DNA of 62,092 bases. Origin: Zetaproteobacteria bacterium. Its GTDB lineage: Bacteria > Pseudomonadota > Zetaproteobacteria > Mariprofundales > J009. The DNA lies in NCBI GenBank assembly GCA_003696765.1, contig RFFX01000040.1:1-62092 (forward strand), written 5' to 3'. Positions 41,873-51,356 of this stretch are shown here, one piece after another. Both the position numbers and the translations under genes were made by a program. The notes beneath the pieces are model-generated. The model ran no database searches. It was not told the origin of the DNA and worked only from the letters and a program-made list of their open reading frames with translations. Position 1 is the first letter of the stretch. Each line of letters begins with the position of its first letter.

Positions 41873-44094
41873 GCGGGGAGTCCGGGCGGTTGCGGGAGGG
41901 GATGCGGTTTCGCCGCCATCTGCTGCTGCTCTCCCTCTTCGTGCTGCTGCTGGTCGGTGTGGTGGTGGTGGTGGACCGCTTCGACGGCGACGAGGAGGCG
42001 CGCACCAGCGCCCTGATCGACGCCACGGCCCGGGTGGATGCGGGGATCGCGCGGGAGATGATGGTGCAGCTCTTTAGCGGCGTGCGGGACGAGGCGGCGC
42101 TTCGTCGGCGCGTCCGCCGGCTCCGCGCCATGGTGGCGCGGCTGGAGCGGGGGCTGCGCGAGGATCTCGAGGAGGCCAGCGAGGGGATCTTCGCCGACGA
42201 GGAGATCGCCAGTGCCATCCGTCGCAGCCTGGCCGGGCTCGATACAGCGTTGGCCGGGCAGGAGCGGAGGGTCCGCCGTTTTCTCGCCATCCCGCTCGAG
42301 GAGGAGAAGCGGGCGCGTGCGGTGGTGATCGAGGAGGCGGCCGACGACCGGATCCCGGCAGCCCTCTCCCGCCTGCGCCGCGCCTACGAGCGCCATTACG
42401 CCGACGAGGCGCGGGTGCACGAGATCAGCAAGCGGGTGTTGATCGCCATGGTGGTGGCGCTGCTGATCTACCTGGTGGTGCTGCTCGTCGCCGCCGCCCG
42501 GCGCAACCGCTTCCTGCAGGGGGTGCTCGACGAGCGCAGCGCGCTGCAGGAGGGCAAGCGCCTGCTGCTGGCGGCGATGGGCTCCGCCCCCGACGGCATC
42601 CTGGTCTGCGATCGCGACGGCCGGGTGCGATACGCCAACGACGCACTGGCCGCGATGCACGGGGTGGCGGATCCGGAGGAGCTGGTCGGCCGTAGCGCCG
42701 CCGAGCTGCGCGGCGGCACCCCCGGCGACCCCCTCTATCGGGAGATGAGGGCGACGGTGGCGCAGGGGCGGGAGTGGCAGGGGGATTACCGTCTGGTCTC
42801 GGCCGACGGGGAGGAGCGGGTGATCGCCCGCACCATGTCGTGCGTCTCGCTCGACGGCCACGACTACCTGGTGGGGATCGATCGCGACGTCACCGAGGAG
42901 CGGGCGCGGGCCGAGCGGCTGGCGGCGACCCAGCGGCTGGAGAGCCTCGGCGTGCTGGCCGGAGGGATCGCGCACGACTTCAACAACATCCTGGCGGCGA
43001 TCCAGGGGAATCTGGCGTTGGCCCTGCGCCACGCCGACGAGGATGGTGCAGGCTACATCCGCCGGGCGGTGCAGGGGGCCGAGCGGGCGGCCGACCTCTG
43101 CCGCCAGATGCTCGCCTACGCCGGCAAGGGGCGGTTCGTGGTCGAGCCGGTCGATCTGAGTGCGCTGGTGGGCGGGTTGAGCGAGCTGCTGGCGGTCTCG
43201 ATCGACAAGCGGATCGACTTCGTCCAGTCCCTGGCCGACGATCTCCCTGCGATCGAGGGGGATCGGGCGCAACTGCAGCAGGTGGTGCTCAACCTGATCA
43301 CCAACGCCAGCGAGGCGATCACCGGCGGTGCGCAGCCCCGCGAGGAGGGACGCATCACCATCGCCACCCGAGTGGAGGAGGTGGATGCGGAGCGGTTGTC
43401 TCAGGCGGTCACCGGGTCGGATCTGCCGCCGGGTCGCTATGTGGTGCTGGAGGTGGCCGACAACGGCTGTGGTATGGACGAGGAGACGCGGAAGCGGATC
43501 TTCGAGCCCTTCTTCACCACCAAGTTCACCGGCCGCGGTCTGGGGATGAGCGCCATCCGCGGCATCGTCCAGGGGCACCATGGAGCGCTGCTGCTGGAGA
43601 GCGCACCGGGGGAGGGGAGTACCTTCACCATCCTCTTCCCGCCGAGCGAGAGGGAGGCTGTGCCGGAGGAGCCGGTCGGGGATGAGGTGCAGCCGGAGGA
43701 GGCCGCCGGCGGGACGGTGCTGATCATCGATGACGAGGAGGTGGTGCGCGAGGTGGCCGCCGAGCTGCTCGGCGAGTGCGGCATCACCACCATCTGTGCG
43801 GCCGACGGTGTCGAAGGGGTGGCCTCGTTCCGCGCGCATGGCGACCGGATCGACGCCGTCTTGCTCGACATGACCATGCCCAACATGGACGGCAGCGAGT
43901 GTTTCCGGCAGCTGCGTGCCATCCGCGACGACGTTCCGGTGGTGGTGACCAGCGGCTACTCCGAGGAGGAGGTGCTGCGCAGCTTCGAGGAGGGTGCGTT
44001 GGCCGATTTCGTCCACAAGCCGTTCGATCCCGAGCGGTTGCAGCAGGTGATGCGCCGTGTCGCCGCCGCCCGCCGGCGGGTTGGAGAGGGGTAG
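41869..44094 (+). CDS. hybrid sensor histidine kinase / response regulator
   Basis: GTG 41869 (GTGA overlap) or ATG 41902. TM segments, PAS (DGILVCDRDGRVRYANDA), H-box IAHDFNNILAAIQGN, N/G boxes, and C-terminal receiver (VLIIDDEE...LLDMTMPNMDG). Confidence 0.9.
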   Translation: MSGESGRLREGMRFRRHLLLLSLFVLLLVGVVVVVDRFDGDEEARTSALIDATARVDAGIAREMMVQLFSGVRDEAALRRRVRRLRAMVARLERGLREDLEEASEGIFADEEIASAIRRSLAGLDTALAGQERRVRRFLAIPLEEEKRARAVVIEEAADDRIPAALSRLRRAYERHYADEARVHEISKRVLIAMVVALLIYLVVLLVAAARRNRFLQGVLDERSALQEGKRLLLAAMGSAPDGILVCDRDGRVRYANDALAAMHGVADPEELVGRSAAELRGGTPGDPLYREMRATVAQGREWQGDYRLVSADGEERVIARTMSCVSLDGHDYLVGIDRDVTEERARAERLAATQRLESLGVLAGGIAHDFNNILAAIQGNLALALRHADEDGAGYIRRAVQGAERAADLCRQMLAYAGKGRFVVEPVDLSALVGGLSELLAVSIDKRIDFVQSLADDLPAIEGDRAQLQQVVLNLITNASEAITGGAQPREEGRITIATRVEEVDAERLSQAVTGSDLPPGRYVVLEVADNGCGMDEETRKRIFEPFFTTKFTGRGLGMSAIRGIVQGHHGALLLESAPGEGSTFTILFPPSEREAVPEEPVGDEVQPEEAAGGTVLIIDDEEVVREVAAELLGECGITTICAADGVEGVASFRAHGDRIDAVLLDMTMPNMDGSECFRQLRAIRDDVPVVVTSGYSEEEVLRSFEEGALADFVHKPFDPERLQQVMRRVAAARRRVGEG

Positions 44095-44097
44095 GCG

Positions 44098-45382
<1,285 letters not shown>

Positions 45383-45390
<8 letters not shown>

Positions 45391-46033
45391 TTCCACACCC
45401 ATCCGCATCGCGCTGCCCAAGGGGCGGCTGCTGGGGCAGGTGGTGCCGTTGCTCGAAGCGGCGGGGCTGGCCCCCGACGGAGAGGGGATCCGCAGCCGCA
45501 GGTTGATCCTCCCCGGGCCGGAGGGGTACTGCTTCCTCATCATCCGGGCGGCCGACGTCTGCACCTTCGTCGCCCGCGGAGCCGCCGATCTGGGCATCGT
45601 CGGCCGTGACCTGCTGCTCGAGAGCGACCCCGATCTCCATCAGCCGCTCGATCTGGGGATCGGCCGCTGCCGGCTCTGCGTGGCGGTGCCCGAGCATGGC
45701 GGGGATCCGCTGGCCCGGCCTCCTGGCAGCGTGGTACGTGTGGCGACCAAGTACGACCGGCTGGCAGCCGGCTTCTTCATGCAGCGCGGCCTGCAGGCGG
45801 AGATCATCCACCTCTACGGCTCGATGGAGCTGGCGCCGCTGGTCGGGATGGCCGACTGCATCGTCGATCTGGTCGAGACCGGCTCCACGCTGCGGGCCAA
45901 CGGCCTGGTCGAGCGGGCGACGCTGTTCGAGATCTCCAGCCGGCTGGTGGTCAATCCGGTCAGTGCGGTGCTGCGGCGGGCGGAGATCGAGCCGGTTATC
46001 GACCGTCTGCGCCGATGCGTGGAGCAATGGTGA
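45383..46033 (+). CDS. hisG: ATP phosphoribosyltransferase (short form)
   Basis: 216 aa. IALPKGRL and LVETGSTLRANGL. The TTG start overlaps the murA end. The TGA lies in repeat module F. Confidence 0.93.
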
Positions 46034-46185
46034 CGGCTTCGCAGGAAGCCGTCAGCGCGGCCATGGGTGGTCGCGAAATCCGGAGGCTGCAGAGGCAAGC
46101 GACGGATTTAGTAGGGGGATCGAAGAGCGCGCACTTCGATCCCCGTCAAGCAAAAGTCCACGGGCGGACTCTTTGCGATTCGATC
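46030..46185 (+). repeat. FDTGH repeat family, full copy
   Basis: All five modules. F starts GTGACGG and contains the hisG TGA. Confidence 0.88.
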
Positions 46186-46219
46186 AACGCTGACGGGCAA
46201 CTTTCGTAAGGATAGGCGT

Positions 46220-47551
46220 GTGGCGATGCAGACGAGCTGGAAGATGCGACGACTGGCATGGGGAGAGGCCGACTTCGACGAGCGGCTGCAGGCGTTGCTG
46301 GCCCGTGGGGGCGATAGCGACAGCGGGGCGGAGGTGGAGCGGCAGGTCGGCGACATCATCGCACAGGTGCGGCGAGAGGGCGACGCCGCCCTCTGCCGGC
46401 TGACCGAGCGTTTCGACCGCTGGCCCTGCACGCCCGAGGCGATGGTGATCGATCGCGCGCGGATGGAGCAGGCGTGGAGGCGGATCTCCGGGGAGGATCG
46501 GCAGGCGCTCTCCATGGCCGCCGAGCGGCTGCGTGCCTTCCATGAGCAGCAGGCCGCGCGCGAGCGGTCGTGGAGCTACCGCGACGCGGCGGGCATGGAG
46601 CTGGGCCAGCGGGTGACGCCGCTCGACCGGGTGGGGCTCTATGTGCCGGGGGGGACGGCGGCCTATCCCAGCTCGGTGCTGATGAACGCCATCCCGGCGA
46701 GGGTCGCCGGGGTGGGGGATCTGGTCATGGTGGTGCCTACTCCCGACGGTGTGGTCAACGAGCTGGTGTTGGCCGCCGCCTTCATCGGCGGGGTGGGGCG
46801 CGGTTTCGCCGTCGGCGGGGCGCAGGCGGTGGCTGCGCTCGCCTTCGGTACCGAGTCGGTGCCGGCGGTGGACAAGATCGTCGGCCCGGGCAACCGGTTC
46901 GTCGCCGCCGCCAAGCGGCAGGTCTTCGGCGTCTGTGGTATCGACATGATCGCCGGGCCGTCCGAGATCGTGGTGGTGGCCGATGGCGGTGATCCGTGCT
47001 GGCTGGCGGCCGATCTGCTCTCCCAGGCCGAGCACGACGCCGCAGCGCAGGCCGTTCTGATCAGCGACGACGCCGACCTGCTCGATCGGGTCGAGGCGGA
47101 GATCGCTCGCCAGCTGGCCGCGCTCCCTCGGGCGGAGATCGCCCGCGCCTCGCTGGAGGCGCACGGCGCGCTGATCGCGCTGGAGGATCTGTCGCAGGCG
47201 GCGGAGGTGGTCAACCGCATCGCGCCGGAACACCTGGAACTGGTGCTGGCGCAGCCCGATGCGCTGCTGGCGCGTATCCGCCACGCCGGCGCCGTCTTCA
47301 TCGGACACCATGTGCCCGAGGCGCTGGGGGATTATGTCGCCGGCCCCAACCATGTGCTGCCGACCAACCGTACCGCGCGTTTCTCCTCGCCGCTCGGGGT
47401 GTATGATTTCCAGAAGCGCAGCAGCATCATTCGCGGGAGCGCCGATGCGCTGGCCGCGATCGGGCCGGCGGCGGCCCACATTGCCCACCGTGAGGGGCTG
47501 GATGCCCATGCGCGGACGATCGAACTGCGGCTGGAGCGTCGTGTCCAATGA
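46220..47551 (+). CDS. hisD: histidinol dehydrogenase
   Basis: SQAEHD and GPNHVLPT motifs. GTG 46220 lies 7 nt after AAGGA; ATG 46226 is the alternative start. Confidence 0.95.
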   Translation: MAMQTSWKMRRLAWGEADFDERLQALLARGGDSDSGAEVERQVGDIIAQVRREGDAALCRLTERFDRWPCTPEAMVIDRARMEQAWRRISGEDRQALSMAAERLRAFHEQQAARERSWSYRDAAGMELGQRVTPLDRVGLYVPGGTAAYPSSVLMNAIPARVAGVGDLVMVVPTPDGVVNELVLAAAFIGGVGRGFAVGGAQAVAALAFGTESVPAVDKIVGPGNRFVAAAKRQVFGVCGIDMIAGPSEIVVVADGGDPCWLAADLLSQAEHDAAAQAVLISDDADLLDRVEAEIARQLAALPRAEIARASLEAHGALIALEDLSQAAEVVNRIAPEHLELVLAQPDALLARIRHAGAVFIGHHVPEALGDYVAGPNHVLPTNRTARFSSPLGVYDFQKRSSIIRGSADALAAIGPAAAHIAHREGLDAHARTIELRLERRVQ

Positions 47552-48579
47552 TTCGTAAAGATATCCGGATGCTGGAGCCCTATCGCGTCGAGGATGCCAC
47601 CGGGCTGATCAAGCTCGATGCGATGGAGAATCCCTATCCCATGCCGCGGGCGCTGCACGAGGGGTGGCAGCAGCTGCTCGCCCGCACCGAGGTGCACCGC
47701 TATCCCGACGCCGACATGGCGGGCCTGCGCGCGCAGATCGCCGAGCTCGACGGCGTGGATCCGGCGCAGATCCTGCTCGGCAACGGCTCCGACGAGCTGA
47801 TCCAGATGATCCTGATGGCCGCCGATCCCGGTGCCTGCGCCATTCCCTCCCCCACCTTCTCCATGTACGAGCTGATCTCCCGTTGGCTTCGGCGGCCGGT
47901 GGTCACCGTCGCGCTCGATGCCCATTTCGAGCTGAGCGCGCAGAAGCTGCTGCGCACCAGCGGTCGGGAGAAGGCGGCGGTGATCTTTCTCGCCTGTCCC
48001 AACAACCCCACCGGCAACCTCTGGCCGATGGAGGAGGTGGAGGCGGTGGCGCGCGGCTTCAACGGGCTGGTGGTGATCGACGAGGCCTACCGCCCCTTCA
48101 CCGACCGCACCCATCTGTCGCTGATCGCGCCCAATGTGGTCATCCTGCGCACCTTCTCCAAGATGGGGTGGGCCGGATTGCGGCTGGGCTACGCCATCGG
48201 CGATCCCGACACCATCGCCCAGCTCAACAAGGTGCGGCTGCCCTACAACATCAACGCGCTCACCCAGGCGTCGGCCTCCTTCCTGCTGCGCCACGGCGAG
48301 CTCTTCGCCGCGCAATGCCGGCGCATCGTCGAGGAGCGCGAGCGGGTGGCTGGGATCCTCGAGGGGATCAACGGCATCACCCTCTTCCCCTCGCAGACCA
48401 ACTTCCTGCTCATTCGCGTGGCCGACGCCGAGCGCACCTTCTCCTTCCTCAAGTCGAGCGGGATTCTGGTCCGGAATCTGCACCAGCCCAACGGGCCGCT
48501 CGCCGGTTGCCTGCGGCTGACCATCGGCACGCCGGAAGAGAACGACGCGCTGATCCGGGCGCTGATGCAGGCGGTCTGA
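47548..48579 (+). CDS. hisC: histidinol-phosphate aminotransferase
   Basis: ATGA overlap with hisD. PLP-Lys context [13 protein letters not shown]. Confidence 0.93.
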   Translation: MIRKDIRMLEPYRVEDATGLIKLDAMENPYPMPRALHEGWQQLLARTEVHRYPDADMAGLRAQIAELDGVDPAQILLGNGSDELIQMILMAADPGACAIPSPTFSMYELISRWLRRPVVTVALDAHFELSAQKLLRTSGREKAAVIFLACPNNPTGNLWPMEEVEAVARGFNGLVVIDEAYRPFTDRTHLSLIAPNVVILRTFSKMGWAGLRLGYAIGDPDTIAQLNKVRLPYNINALTQASASFLLRHGELFAAQCRRIVEERERVAGILEGINGITLFPSQTNFLLIRVADAERTFSFLKSSGILVRNLHQPNGPLAGCLRLTIGTPEENDALIRALMQAV

Positions 48580-48591
48580 CCGGACGGGGGT

Positions 48592-48750
48592 GTGATGGTT
48601 TCGCGAGAACCCATCATCGCGGCGTCGGCGTGCCGCGTAAAACCGAAGCTTGCGAATGCAAGCGACGGCTTTGGAAGGGAATCAAAGAGCGCGCTCTTCG
48701 ATTCTCGTCAAGCAAAAGGTCCATGGACGGACGTTTTGCGATTCGATCCG
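48592..48750 (+). repeat. FDTGH repeat family, full copy (diverged)
   Basis: All five modules. The F loop is GCGA. The copy ends 4 nt before the hisB ATG. Confidence 0.85.
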
Positions 48751-48752
48751 AG

Positions 48753-49349
48753 ATGATTCGACAATCACGCAGCGCCACGATCGAACGCGCCACCAAAGAG
48801 ACCCGCATCACGCTGTCGCTCGATCTCGATGGCACGGGCAGCAGCAGCATCGACAGCTCGATCCCATTCCTCGACCACATGCTGGAGCAGATCAGCCGCC
48901 ACGGGTTGATCGACCTGACCCTGCAGGCGCGCGGGGATCGTGAGATCGACGACCACCACACGGTCGAGGATATCGGCATCTGCCTCGGCGAGGCGTTGCA
49001 CGATGCGCTGGGCGACAAGACGGGGATCGTTCGTTACGGCCACGCTTTCGTACCGCTGGACGAGGCCCTCTCCCGGGTGGTGCTCGATCTCTCCGGTCGG
49101 CCGGGGCTGCACTACCAGGTGGTGTTTCCCCGTCCCAAGGTGGGGGATTTCGACACCGAGCTGTTCCGCGAGTTCTTCCAGGCGGTGGTCAACCACGGCC
49201 GGTTGACCCTCCATATCGATGCCCTGCGCGGGGAGAACAACCACCACATCATCGAGACCGTCTTCAAGGCCTTCGGCCGGGCGTTGCGCATGGCGGTGGC
49301 ACCCGATCCGCGGCAGCAGGGGATCCCGTCGACCAAGGGGGCGCTGTGA
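48753..49349 (+). CDS. hisB: imidazoleglycerol-phosphate dehydratase
   Basis: ATG 48753. [17 protein letters not shown] and [17 protein letters not shown]. Confidence 0.95.
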   Translation: MIRQSRSATIERATKETRITLSLDLDGTGSSSIDSSIPFLDHMLEQISRHGLIDLTLQARGDREIDDHHTVEDIGICLGEALHDALGDKTGIVRYGHAFVPLDEALSRVVLDLSGRPGLHYQVVFPRPKVGDFDTELFREFFQAVVNHGRLTLHIDALRGENNHHIIETVFKAFGRALRMAVAPDPRQQGIPSTKGAL

Positions 49350-49390
49350 CCGTGGCGGCGTTCAAGTACACTGGCGAAACGAACGGAGGT

Positions 49391-49551
49391 ATGATGGTTT
49401 CGCAAGCAGCCATCATACGCGACCAGGACGGTCGCGCAAATCCGGAGGTTGCTCTTGCAACCGATGGATTTGTAAGGCAATCGAAGACCGCGCTCTTCGA
49501 TTGCCGCCGAGCAAAAAGTCCATGGACGGACTTTTTGCGGTGTGATCAGGA
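49391..49551 (+). repeat. FDTGH repeat family, full copy
   Basis: All five modules. The G arms read CAATCG/CGATTG. The 3' tail GATCAGGAG supplies an SD-like sequence for the next ORF. Confidence 0.9.
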
Positions 49552-49557
49552 GTGGCG

Positions 49558-49884
49558 ATGAAGGTCAACAATGCGAACCTTGCAGCGCTGAGCAACATCA
49601 CGGTCCAGCAGGAGGTTTCGGCCAACAATGTCGCCAACCTGCTGACCCGGGGCTATCGGGCTGCGCGGGCGCTGCAGCAGGGGGACCGGGTGACGGTCAG
49701 CCCGGAGATGCGCGCCGCGATCCAGCGCAACGAAGCGGCCAGCAGCGCCGCTCCGTCGCCCAGCGATGCCGCGACCGAGCAGGTCCGTATGCGGCGCAAT
49801 GAGGCGGCTTATACCGCCAACCTCAATGCCATCAAGACCCGCGATGCCCTCTACAAGGCGCTGGATGATTTGAACAAGGGGTGA
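49558..49884 (+). CDS. small flagellar basal-body rod-like protein (FlgB/FlgC-type termini)
   Basis: 108 aa. ATG 49558 lies 5 nt after GGAG. N-terminal SANNVANLLTRGY fits the rod signature N-[LIVM]-[SA]-N-x2-T-x-G-[FY] with one mismatch. C-terminal EQVRMRRNEAAYTANLNAIKTRDALYKALDDL resembles the rod C-terminal motif. Confidence 0.55.
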   Translation: MKVNNANLAALSNITVQQEVSANNVANLLTRGYRAARALQQGDRVTVSPEMRAAIQRNEAASSAAPSPSDAATEQVRMRRNEAAYTANLNAIKTRDALYKALDDLNKG

Positions 49885-49892
49885 ACTGAAAG

Positions 49893-51263
49893 CTACTTCC
49901 GCTGCCAGCGGGTGCCGTCGGGCGTGTCCTTCAGCACGATGCCCATCGCTGTGAGCTGGTCGCGCAGCCGGTCGGCGGTGGCGAAGTCCCGTGCCGAACG
50001 CGCCCGGTCGCGCGCCGCGATCAACCGCTCGATCTCCGCCGTCTCCTCCGCATCGCCCCGCTGGAACCAGGAGGTCGGATCCTGTTGCACCAGCCCGAGC
50101 AGGCCGGCCATTGCGACGAAGGCGCCGCCGTCGGCCGAGGCATCCTCCCCCCGGTCGAGGGCGCGGTTGATGCGGTGGGCGGCCTCGAACAGCACGGCCA
50201 GCGCCTCCGGGGTGTTGAAGTCGTCATTCATCGCAGCGCGGAAGGGCTCGGGCAGCGCCCCGGGCGGGCAGTCGCCCAGGCGGGCGCGGGTTTCGTAGAG
50301 CCGGTCGAGCCAGGATTCGGTCTGCTCCAACGCCCGATCGGAGAAGTCGAGCGGCGAGCGGTAGTGGCTGGCGACGATGAAGGCGCGGACCACCTCGGGA
50401 TGGAAGCGCCCGGTCACCTCACGGATGGTGAAGAAGTTGCCCAGCGATTTGGACATCTTCTCGCTGTTGATGTTGACGAAGCCGTTGTGCAGCCAGTAGC
50501 GGGCGAATCCGCCGCCGGTGGCGGCGCATGCCTGGGCGATCTCGTTCTCGTGGTGGGGGAAGCGCAGATCCATGCCGCCGCCGTGGATGTCGAAGGTATC
50601 GCCCAGATGGGCGCAGCTCATCGCCGAGCACTCGATGTGCCACCCCGGCCGCCCCTCGCCCCACGGTGAGGGCCAGGAGGGCTCCCCCGGCTTGGCCATC
50701 TTCCACAACACGAAGTCGAGCGGGTCGCGTTTGTTCGTGTCCACCTCCACCCGGCTGCCCGCCTCCAGCTCGTCGATCCGCTTGCCGGAGAGCGCGCCGT
50801 AGTCGGGGAAGCTGCGCACCGAGTAGAGCACATCGCCCGAGTCGGCGACATAGGCGTGGCCGCGCGCAAACAGCGCCTCGATCATGGCGATGATCTCCGC
50901 CATGTGGGCGGTGGCGCGCGGCTCACGGGACGGGCGCAGGCAGCCGAGCGCGTCGATGTCCTGATGGAAGGCATCGATCATGCGGCGGGTGAGTTGGGCC
51001 ATCGGCTCCCCCGAGGCGTTGGCCCGGGCGATGATCTTGTCGTCGATGTCGGTGAAGTTGCGCACGAAATCGACCTGGTAGCCGAGCGCGCGCAGCCAGC
51101 GGACGATCAGGTCGAAGGCGACCATCACCCGGGCGTGGCCGATGTGGCAGTAGTCGTAGACGGTGACGCCGCACAGATAGAGGCCGACGCGGCCGGGGTG
51201 AAGCGGCACGAAGCGCTCCTTGCGCCGGCTGCGCGTGTTGTAGAGCAGGAGGGAATCGGCCAT
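49893..51263 (-). CDS. cysS: cysteinyl-tRNA synthetase
   Basis: Last 456 aa of the 1529-aa ORF. ATG 51263. CHIGHARV (HIGH) and KMSKS. Confidence 0.96.
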   Translation of the reverse strand: MADSLLLYNTRSRRKERFVPLHPGRVGLYLCGVTVYDYCHIGHARVMVAFDLIVRWLRALGYQVDFVRNFTDIDDKIIARANASGEPMAQLTRRMIDAFHQDIDALGCLRPSREPRATAHMAEIIAMIEALFARGHAYVADSGDVLYSVRSFPDYGALSGKRIDELEAGSRVEVDTNKRDPLDFVLWKMAKPGEPSWPSPWGEGRPGWHIECSAMSCAHLGDTFDIHGGGMDLRFPHHENEIAQACAATGGGFARYWLHNGFVNINSEKMSKSLGNFFTIREVTGRFHPEVVRAFIVASHYRSPLDFSDRALEQTESWLDRLYETRARLGDCPPGALPEPFRAAMNDDFNTPEALAVLFEAAHRINRALDRGEDASADGGAFVAMAGLLGLVQQDPTSWFQRGDAEETAEIERLIAARDRARSARDFATADRLRDQLTAMGIVLKDTPDGTRWQRK

Positions 51264-51356
51264 GGCGCCGATGCTAGGGAGGGGGTGGGAGGATGAACAC
51301 CGCCCCCGGCAGGGGCGCGTTTGGACGGCGCCCGGCGATGGCGCTATCCTGAGCGG

